33,184 nt of DNA from an uncultured Candidatus Saccharibacteria bacterium (GTDB lineage: Bacteria > Patescibacteriota > Minisyncoccia > Phycocordibacterales > CSBR16-193): the NCBI GenBank assembly GCA_964388095.1, contig CAYLYL010000002.1:1323-34506 (forward strand). The letters run 5' to 3'. This document shows, in pieces, positions 19,606-26,953 of this stretch. Within the stretch, counting starts at the first letter, position 1, and every line of letters starts with the position of its first letter. The notes under the pieces were generated by a model. That model made no database searches, had not been told where the DNA came from, and saw only the letters and a list, made by a program, of their open reading frames with translations. The translations under genes and the position numbers were made by a program.

Positions 19606-20151
19606 CTATTCTAAACAACAGTTAACCGCCCGCTTGACCAGATCACCCATTTTGGCCATCAAGCCGTTCGGTTGAGGATCCTCTTTGCTCACCGCCTGTT
19701 CATCAATACGTGTCACCTCGCCGCTGTTTACCACGCCCCAATTAAGACCCCAGAAAAGAGAATAGATCTCGAAGGCCTTTTGGAAAAGCTCCCGGGCTTC
19801 CTCGGTCCGCCCCCTCCCTTGCTCTTTGGTGCCCACCTCCATTATCCGCATTGAAGCGGCCAGCAGATGTTTGGAGATGCACCATTCCTCGCCTTTGGGG
19901 TCCCGCACCAGCTTAGCCAAGAGATATTTCCTTTTCTCCCGCACTTCTTGCAACAGATCGTAATACTCCGATTGCCCGGTCTTGGCTCCGGTAAAGAAGA
20001 AATGCTCTTCAATGCTAAGTAGGTTCATAACCGCTACACTGAGATCTTCATCAGAAGAGAGGTCCATTTCGTTGTGCTCGCCGGCTTTGATCCTCTCTGC
20101 CAGATCTTCGGCGTTTTGTATGGATTTTTGTTTGTTAAAATTATCACTCAT
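19606..20151 (-). CDS. Hypothetical cytoplasmic protein (181 aa)
   Basis: A clean ATG ORF, helical and charged. I recognise no motif. Confidence 0.55.
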   Translation of the reverse strand: MSDNFNKQKSIQNAEDLAERIKAGEHNEMDLSSDEDLSVAVMNLLSIEEHFFFTGAKTGQSEYYDLLQEVREKRKYLLAKLVRDPKGEEWCISKHLLAASMRIMEVGTKEQGRGRTEEARELFQKAFEIYSLFWGLNWGVVNSGEVTRIDEQAVSKEDPQPNGLMAKMGDLVKRAVNCCLE

Positions 20152-20239
20152 AAGTCACCTAAGAAATTAATTTTATGATCATTTGAGCTTACCTCCTCAA
20201 GGGCAAACCGAGCTATTTTTGATAAGAAGACAACCGCCA

Positions 20240-20476
20240 TCACTCTTTGTTTATCCGTTTGATCAGCCAGATTATTAACAAAACACCTACTACCAGCCAG
20301 ACCAACCAGGTTACAATGCCTAACAAACCCAGAAAGCCGGCACCCGGAGCACCCCAGCCGAACCAATCCATCATATGATGCCCTCCTTCCATATGTCCAT
20401 CTGTGGTATGAGCCAAGGTTACAACCGGCAAGCTCCAGATCGTTATACCCGCTAAAATGTTTTTTAAAATTTTCAT
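20240..20476 (-). CDS. Small exported His/Met-rich membrane protein (putative metal-binding)
   Basis: From the ATG at 20476 it reads MKILKNILAGITIWSLPVVTLA (signal), then HTTDGHMEGGHHMMDWFGWG, then a C-terminal TM helix. It ends the metal island. Confidence 0.5.
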   Translation of the reverse strand: MKILKNILAGITIWSLPVVTLAHTTDGHMEGGHHMMDWFGWGAPGAGFLGLLGIVTWLVWLVVGVLLIIWLIKRINKE

Positions 20477-20623
20477 AATTTTCTTTTTTAGTAATTTATA
20501 ATAATGATCTGTTACCTGAAACCTTAGGTCACCCTTCACGGTCGTGAAGTATGTACATACTATTTTATCCTATTCAGCTCCTCTGCCTTCTCGGTCTTCT
20601 CGCCTTTTTGAAACTCAATCGAA

Positions 20624-21364
20624 CTAACAATCACCGATCATTCCGCCTCCGCCTCCGGCAGCTCCTTCTTCTAGTCCGCGATTGGTATTACTGGTCAAGC
20701 TTACGTAATCTATATCTAACCCGTACTCTTGCATCACTGCCGCCTTTTGAGCATGGATATCGGGAAAGAACAACACTTTCCATTTACCGATCTCGGCTAA
20801 AATTTCCTCGTCCGATAGATCTTGTCCGTGCTCGGTTATCAGGTACTTGGTGAGCCCCCGCATAGCAAAACTATGCTCACATCCACAAGCCGGCTCACCG
20901 TTCTCAAAGATGATCGATCGCGCCCCGCAACAGAACTCGCATGACATACCGTCATGTTGATGATAAAGAATATTAATATAACGCTCCAGTTCCGGATCTT
21001 TTAACTCCAACTCGTGATCCAGCTGCGATAATTCCTCAATGGTTTGATTGGTCGACTCCGGATCAGCGGCGGTCACATTATCATACTCGACATTCAGCTC
21101 AGCGCCGTAAACCGCCGGAGTACCGGTAGGCAAGATCTCGGCTAGCATTTCTTGAGGACTGACCTGCTCAGCTGTCGTCTCAGATCCGACCTCTACTTCA
21201 TTTTCACCGCCATTCTGCCGGACCCCTAACTCATACCCCAAACCCAGAATTACCACTCCTACCAGAAGGACAGCTAATATACCTGACACCATCTGCCAAA
21301 TACGAACCCCGGAGGACGAATAATTATTTTGCTTTTCTGATGATTCGTTAATAGAATTGAACAT
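20624..21364 (-). CDS. Membrane-anchored Cys-rich protein (CxxCC...CGC motif), putative metal-binding
   Basis: It has an N-terminal TM helix, an acidic linker, and then MSCEFCCGARSIIFENGEPACGCEHSF. This loosely recalls PCYCGC-motif proteins. It lies next to the P-type ATPase. Confidence 0.5.
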   Translation of the reverse strand: MFNSINESSEKQNNYSSSGVRIWQMVSGILAVLLVGVVILGLGYELGVRQNGGENEVEVGSETTAEQVSPQEMLAEILPTGTPAVYGAELNVEYDNVTAADPESTNQTIEELSQLDHELELKDPELERYINILYHQHDGMSCEFCCGARSIIFENGEPACGCEHSFAMRGLTKYLITEHGQDLSDEEILAEIGKWKVLFFPDIHAQKAAVMQEYGLDIDYVSLTSNTNRGLEEGAAGGGGGMIGDC

Positions 21365-21399
21365 AAGAGTAAGTAATTTATCCTGATAATTTTTTATCT

Positions 21400-23580
21400 T
21401 TATAACTTCACCCGTTTCAAAAACAGCGCGTTAAAGGCCACGATCACAGTGGAAGCCGACATAAAGATCGCTCCAATAGCCGGGTCAATGGCCGGTACCC
21501 CCCAGGCCACCAACGCCCCGGCCGCCAATGGCATAGCCACCACGTTATAACCGGTAGCCCAAAACAGGTTCTGGATCATTTTGTTATAGGTCAGCCGCGA
21601 CAGCCGAGTGATCTTGGGGATATCCAGCGGATCATTCTTGGCCAGAATAATACCGGCTGACTCGATCGCTACGTTGGTGCCCGCGCCGATAGCGATCCCA
21701 ACATCGGCCTGAGTCAGAGCCGGCGCGTCGTTGACCCCGTCACCGACCATGGCCACCCGCAGACCGCGCTCCTGAAGCTGTTTGACCTTCTCTACTTTCT
21801 GCTCCGGCAGTACTCGGGCAAAATACTCATCTATTCCGAGCTCCCGAGCTACCCAAGCCGCCACTTCCTCCGAATCGCCGGTGATCATCGCCACCTGACG
21901 GCCCTGATCGTGAAGTGCTTTGATCGCCTCCCGTGACTCGACTCTAATGATATCGGCCAGCGCAATAGCTCCAATTAGTTCCTTCTCCCGAATAACATAG
22001 ACTACCGTCTTGCCTTGAGCTTCCAAAGTGTTGATCTGCTCTGCCAGGTCACTCCCGATATCCAGTTCAAGATCTTGGACCAACACTTCGCTGCCGACAT
22101 AAACCCAGCTGCCGTCAACCCGGCCCCTGGCCCCTTTGCCGGCGATCCGCTCGAACTCGGTCACTTCACTGATCTTAAACTCACGCTCTTTGACCTCTTT
22201 AACAATAGCTCGACCGATCGAGTGTTCGGATCCGCTGTTAACCGAGGCCGCCAGCGCCAATACCTCGCTCTCCTTGGTACCGGAAACCGGAAGGACTGAC
22301 TCCACTCCGAACTCGCCTTTGGTCAGAGTACCGGTTTTGTCAAACAACACCACATCAATATTGCGAGCCGCTTCCAAAGCCAGCCGGCGCTTGATAATAA
22401 AACCATTCTGAGCCGCCAGATTGGTGGAGATCGAAGCGGTCAACGGCACCGCCAGCCCCAAAGCATGCGGACAGGCAATGACCAAAACCGCCACCAGCCG
22501 AGCCACCGCAAAAGCCACATCATCACCTGCTATCAGCCAAGCCAACAAAGTGACAGAACCGGCACCAACCGCGATGAAGGTCAGAACCAGAGCCGCCTTG
22601 TCGGAGAGCACCTGCAATCGAGACTTCGAGGCCTCGGCCTCGGCCACTAACTGCATCACATTGGCCAAAAAGGTCTGGTCACCGACTTTGTTAACCTCTA
22701 CTTTCAAACCACCGTCGCTGTTTAAAGTACCGGCGATCACTTCATCTCCGGCCTGCTTGGCTACCGGCCTGGACTCACCGGTAACTATCGACTCATCAAC
22801 CTCGCTTACCCCTTCCTTGATCAGACCATCGGCCGGGATCTTCTCGCCCGGTTTAACCACGGCCACATCTCCTTGTTCGATCTCATCAACCTCCACCAAC
22901 ATCTCCTGACCGTTCCGGATCACAGTGGCCTGTTTCGGCAATAATGCCGCCAACTCTTTCAACGCCCCGCGAGCTCCCTTGACCGAACGCATCTCGATCC
23001 AGTGACCCAAAAGCATAATGGCCACCAAAGTCCCGAGCTCCCAGAACAAGGTCATCTCATCGACAAAAGTAGCATAAACACTCCAAAAATAAGCCGCTGT
23101 AATGGCAATAGCGATCAGGGTCATCATCCCCGGCAACTTGGCCCGGATCTCCCTATAAGCGCTAGCTAGAAACACCCAGCCGGCATAGAAAAAGACGATA
23201 CTACCCAGAAGCAACATTAAATGATCCTGGCCGGGCAGTGCCGGCATTTGCCAACCGAAGAACATATCCGGCAGCTCCGAATATGCCACCAGCGGCACAC
23301 TAAGAATCAAAGCCACCCAGAACTTCTTGAGGAAAGCATCGGTCGAATGGCCGGCATGTTTATCATGACCCTCTGAGCTGCCCTCCTTTTCATCCTGACT
23401 TTTTGATGTTGGGACCAAGCTCATACCGCACTCCGGACACATACCGGGGGTCGAACGCCGGATCTCGGGATGCATCGGGCAGGTGTAAACAACCTGCGAG
23501 CTATCGGCTGTCGGCTTTTTAGAATGGTAATTTTCTGACGAATGATGATGGTCTTTATGATCTTCGCAACATTGACTCAT
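21400..23580 (-). CDS. copB: Heavy-metal (copper) translocating P1B-type ATPase, CPH / His-rich N-terminus (CopB-like) subtype
   Basis: It has DKTGTLT, GDGVNDAP and TGES motifs, the TM6 motif CPH (VIACPHALGLA), a His-rich N-terminus (CCEDHKDHHHSSENYH), and the CPMHPE...CPECGM metal-binding ribbon. The ATG is at 23580, with an alternative TTG at 23586. Confidence 0.9.
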   Translation of the reverse strand: MSQCCEDHKDHHHSSENYHSKKPTADSSQVVYTCPMHPEIRRSTPGMCPECGMSLVPTSKSQDEKEGSSEGHDKHAGHSTDAFLKKFWVALILSVPLVAYSELPDMFFGWQMPALPGQDHLMLLLGSIVFFYAGWVFLASAYREIRAKLPGMMTLIAIAITAAYFWSVYATFVDEMTLFWELGTLVAIMLLGHWIEMRSVKGARGALKELAALLPKQATVIRNGQEMLVEVDEIEQGDVAVVKPGEKIPADGLIKEGVSEVDESIVTGESRPVAKQAGDEVIAGTLNSDGGLKVEVNKVGDQTFLANVMQLVAEAEASKSRLQVLSDKAALVLTFIAVGAGSVTLLAWLIAGDDVAFAVARLVAVLVIACPHALGLAVPLTASISTNLAAQNGFIIKRRLALEAARNIDVVLFDKTGTLTKGEFGVESVLPVSGTKESEVLALAASVNSGSEHSIGRAIVKEVKEREFKISEVTEFERIAGKGARGRVDGSWVYVGSEVLVQDLELDIGSDLAEQINTLEAQGKTVVYVIREKELIGAIALADIIRVESREAIKALHDQGRQVAMITGDSEEVAAWVARELGIDEYFARVLPEQKVEKVKQLQERGLRVAMVGDGVNDAPALTQADVGIAIGAGTNVAIESAGIILAKNDPLDIPKITRLSRLTYNKMIQNLFWATGYNVVAMPLAAGALVAWGVPAIDPAIGAIFMSASTVIVAFNALFLKRVKL

Positions 23581-23603
23581 ATACAATATATAAATTTAAA
23601 CTG

Positions 23604-24512
23604 TTAATTTAACTGCCATTGAAACTCTCGCCGCTCCACCCCGCCGACATCGTACACATAGATCGACACAACAGAAGGTTGTGGAGTAATTGGTTCAAAC
23701 TCCAGTGTTCCGCTCCGATGGTGTCCCCCGGGCGGATCACCATCCCATCGCAAAGGCAAATACTCACCGCCGAACTCGTCTTGTAATACCACACTGTTAT
23801 CGAGATAATCATCCAACTCCACAGCATGAGTATCCAGAGACACTTCAAACACCCAGATCTCATCGGTCAACCTCTCCGGCGTCACCTGAACTGTTACTTC
23901 TCCGTCGGTATTTACCTGTTCCTCTAAGTTAAATTCGGGAACTTGAGAAGTATCAGCATCATCATCCACCTGTTCCGGTCCGGCCAATATCAGTCGAACA
24001 CCTGATACAGCTAAAACTAACATCACCAAAAAGACCGTTGCCATATATCTGCGCTTGATCTTTATCTGCCTGGCCTCAGGTGTATGTGAAGCCCGCACCG
24101 AAATGATCTGCCAAGAAATATAAGCAATGCCGAGAGCGTTAAACAGCAATCCTACCCAGAACAGATGAAATTGATATTGACTCACCAAAGTCACCAACCC
24201 GGCTACACCCAAAAACGGTACCAGGTTAACTACATAATGTGCGCAACAAGACAGCATGGCTGAGGTTGAAGCCGTACCCGAGACTGCCAAAACCTTGCCG
24301 GAGGACTGTCCGGAGCGAATGTAATCCCGTAAATAAAAGAACAGTCCGACCTGAAGACCGAACCCGGCCGCCAGAGCGATAATAAAATACCAAAAGCTAA
24401 CAAATTCGCCCCAGGCGTAAGGCAGACCGGACAACAAACCCAGAACCAAAAAATACACGGTCAGTATTACCGCCGCCGCCACTATTCCTTTGATCGTTGC
24501 TCTTAATATCAT
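23604..24512 (-). CDS. Membrane protein with an intramembrane CC motif and a C-terminal extracytoplasmic beta-rich domain (GGHHRSG), putative metal handling
   Basis: It has about 5 TM helices including MLSCCAHYVVNLVPFLG, and a C-terminal domain reading VTVQVTPE...FEVSLDTHAVEL...WDGDPPGGHHRSGTLEF. It ends 17 nt upstream of the ATPase. Confidence 0.55.
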   Translation of the reverse strand: MILRATIKGIVAAAVILTVYFLVLGLLSGLPYAWGEFVSFWYFIIALAAGFGLQVGLFFYLRDYIRSGQSSGKVLAVSGTASTSAMLSCCAHYVVNLVPFLGVAGLVTLVSQYQFHLFWVGLLFNALGIAYISWQIISVRASHTPEARQIKIKRRYMATVFLVMLVLAVSGVRLILAGPEQVDDDADTSQVPEFNLEEQVNTDGEVTVQVTPERLTDEIWVFEVSLDTHAVELDDYLDNSVVLQDEFGGEYLPLRWDGDPPGGHHRSGTLEFEPITPQPSVVSIYVYDVGGVERREFQWQLN

Positions 24513-24660
24513 ATAGGTTTAAAATTGATTTTGAAATAAATACCGAGATGCTCCCTGATACCCGCTACGCTAATTAATTTTTTAACTCTCTCAATATCAA
24601 AACTATCGGCATATAAGTCAATTTTTTGACACGGTGATACAAAATTAATTTAGTGCAGTA

Positions 24661-25089
24661 TTAGTGTAACGATCGAGAATGCCGATTCACTGTAGCCAAC
24701 CCGTCTTCATTAGTTATCTCCACCGTCAATATCTCGTTCGGTACCAAGCACGGCTCAGTGGCCATATCATGAGTGTACTCGAAATTCAACACATCATACT
24801 CTTCGGTCAAAATACCGGCATCACACTGAGTTAGTCCATCGTCTACCGGAACACAGGACCGATCATACACTCCAATACCCCGAATAGTGCCGGGCGAGAC
24901 TTCTTTATCGGTGATCTGCCCCTGAAAAACATCAGCGGCCTCCTGTTCGAACAACTCATCATCTTGGAGTCGATCCAGTGCTGTTTGCGAACCACTTTCA
25001 GACTCGGTATTAACCATTAAACTCATTAGGAACAACCCCCCGAAAATTAAACCTGTAATACTTAAGTAAGTCAGTGTCTTTTTAGTCAT
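24661..25089 (-). CDS. Secreted or anchored hypothetical protein with 4 Cys
   Basis: It has an N-terminal anchor (LSITGLIFGGLFLMSLMV) and lies inside the metal island. Confidence 0.5.
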   Translation of the reverse strand: MTKKTLTYLSITGLIFGGLFLMSLMVNTESESGSQTALDRLQDDELFEQEAADVFQGQITDKEVSPGTIRGIGVYDRSCVPVDDGLTQCDAGILTEEYDVLNFEYTHDMATEPCLVPNEILTVEITNEDGLATVNRHSRSLH

Positions 25090-25166
25090 AAAATATTTTT
25101 ACCTGATAAATTATAAAATTTAATAAGTTTCTCACGCCCACTTTTTAGCGCCCTTTTCTAAAATTG

Positions 25167-25439
25167 TTATTTATTCCGATTGGCTAATTTATAAACCTTG
25201 AGCATTTCCTCCACCACCAGTTCAACATTCTCTTGTTTTATCTGATCTTTAACGTGAGTGGATAAATGATTCTCCAGCATTAAGGCCTCCACTGACGCCA
25301 GAGCTTCCCGAATGGCCGAAGATTGGCTGATAATATCAACGCAGTATTTTTCCTCATCAACCATTTTCTGCAAACCGCGCACCTGGCCTTCAATGATGGA
25401 CAAACGATGCTGAACTCGCTTCTTGATCTCGGGTTTCAT
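25167..25439 (-). CDS. CsoR/RcnR-family (DUF156) metal-sensing transcriptional repressor
   Basis: The 90 aa product reads RLSIIEGQVRGLQKMVDEEKYCVDI...LENHLSTHV, the typical family core. The ligand positions are C33, H58 and H62. Confidence 0.85.
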   Translation of the reverse strand: MKPEIKKRVQHRLSIIEGQVRGLQKMVDEEKYCVDIISQSSAIREALASVEALMLENHLSTHVKDQIKQENVELVVEEMLKVYKLANRNK

Positions 25440-25479
25440 AAAATTTATCTTTAAAGTTATTTATCAATTATTTTCATGC

Positions 25480-26064
25480 TTATGATCCCAATTGGACCAC
25501 TAAAGCTGAAACGGCGATCACCACCAGGGTTACAATAGTGGTTTGAAAAGGGAATGATCGGCCTCGTTTTTGCTTGATAAATTTACTGAGCCGGGGAGCT
25601 ATTAAAGCGGCTAATCCTCCAATAACTGAACCCAACAAAAACAGGTTTATAGTATAGGTATTATGCAGCAGACTTCCGTATTCTCCCGCTATACTGATAT
25701 CCAACGGAGCATAAGCGCGTATCAACGGCATCACCGGTACCACGGTAGCCAAGAAGATCCCTAAAGTAACTACCTGCTCTTGCGCCGGAAGATATTGGGT
25801 CTTGATCATTTTAGAAAACCACATTCCCAATACCACCCCAAAAGCCCCTATTACTACCCCCACTACCGCATACTCCACTCCCCAATAAGCTGCGGCCACC
25901 GCCAAAGCTCCCGCACCGGCGGTACACAGCGGACAGTGAGCTGCCGTATAATTGGGAACCAGCCACCAAGTTAAAACTCCGACACTCAATAATCCGGACG
26001 ACAATACTCCCGGTCTGTCCTTGTTAAAAAGAGCGGGTATTATAGCGATTACTTTTTTGGTCAT
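25480..26064 (-). CDS. Polytopic membrane protein with a CPLC motif, hypothetical (metal island)
   Basis: 194 aa with 5-6 TM helices and AAHCPLCTAGAG at a helix start. Confidence 0.5.
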   Translation of the reverse strand: MTKKVIAIIPALFNKDRPGVLSSGLLSVGVLTWWLVPNYTAAHCPLCTAGAGALAVAAAYWGVEYAVVGVVIGAFGVVLGMWFSKMIKTQYLPAQEQVVTLGIFLATVVPVMPLIRAYAPLDISIAGEYGSLLHNTYTINLFLLGSVIGGLAALIAPRLSKFIKQKRGRSFPFQTTIVTLVVIAVSALVVQLGS

Positions 26065-26083
26065 AATTTAGTAATTTTTCAGC

Positions 26084-26575
26084 TTAAAAGGTAGTAAATA
26101 CTTCGGTCGCGCCGTGCTCGTCGAAGGAATAGATGGTGAACGGCTCCGCTTTTCTGCCGGGCATCCCGGGTGAACCGGTCGGCATTCCCGGCAATGTTAT
26201 ACCCTCAATATCGGGTTTTTCCTGAAGCAGTTTTTCTATAACTTCATGAGGCATATGCCCTTCCACTACATAATCTCCCACAACAGTAGTATGGCAGCTG
26301 CCTTTGTCGGCCGGAATGCCATACTCTTCAGCGATCCTCATCCTTTCTTCATTGGAAATAACTTTACTCTCCACCTCCATTCCCCGACGTGAGAGATAAT
26401 CCTCGTGTACCCGACAACAGGAACAGGCCGGACTGCGATAAACAGTTGCCTCTTCTCCGGCCAAGACCTCGGAAGGCGAACCGGCAAGCGGTATAACAGT
26501 AGTCGCTATTACCAAAAGCACCACTGCTGCGCTTATAGTGATAAACCAAAATTTTTTAGATCTAAGTACCGTCAT
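26084..26575 (-). CDS. DUF411 (CopG-like) periplasmic metal-binding protein
   Basis: It has a signal anchor, CSCC, SCHTTVVGDYVVEGHMP and PGMPTGSPGMPG motifs, which are characteristic of DUF411. Confidence 0.8.
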   Translation of the reverse strand: MTVLRSKKFWFITISAAVVLLVIATTVIPLAGSPSEVLAGEEATVYRSPACSCCRVHEDYLSRRGMEVESKVISNEERMRIAEEYGIPADKGSCHTTVVGDYVVEGHMPHEVIEKLLQEKPDIEGITLPGMPTGSPGMPGRKAEPFTIYSFDEHGATEVFTTF

Positions 26576-26604
26576 AACTATAATACCTTATTTTTAATAA
26601 CCCC

Positions 26605-26632
26605 ATTATATACCCCCAGGGGGTATTGTCAA
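26605..26632 (-). promoter_or_regulatory. Consensus sigma70-type promoter whose spacer is a perfect CsoR-type operator palindrome
   Basis: The minus strand reads TTGACA (26632-26627), then ATACCCCCTGGGGGTA, then TATAAT (26610-26605). The 17-bp palindrome ATACCCCC-N-GGGGGTAT spans 26610-26626. The start codon of the first island gene is at 26575. Confidence 0.8.
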
Positions 26633-26953
26633 GCAAGCAGTACTATTCCCTTAGTTAAATAGTTCTTACTCGCCCCAATGAACAAAAAAGACAACAAAGT
26701 TGCTCTGTTGCCAATAGTAGTTCTCAAAACCTCATTACTGTTTGTTCCTTTTCAGTAAGAACAAAATGATCAGCCGGATCCGGTTGAGTACTTCAAGATA
26801 TATAATATAAATGTTATTTTCTCCATACTGATTCGCAAATGTTAAATTTGTAGCAACCTGTAAATTTTCATTGCCGCTGTAAAAAATTTTAAGAAAACCG
26901 TTAAAAGAAGTATTTATAGTAATCTGAACTCTTTTAAGTTAAAATATAAGGTG

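Noticed and set aside
26678-26758. 26-codon ORF (MNKKDNKVALLPIVVLKTSLLFVPFQ) flanked by a 9-bp inverted repeat in the divergent intergenic region.
   Set aside because: There is no recognisable ribosome-binding site or promoter context. The ORF is too short to separate from chance in AT-rich spacer.
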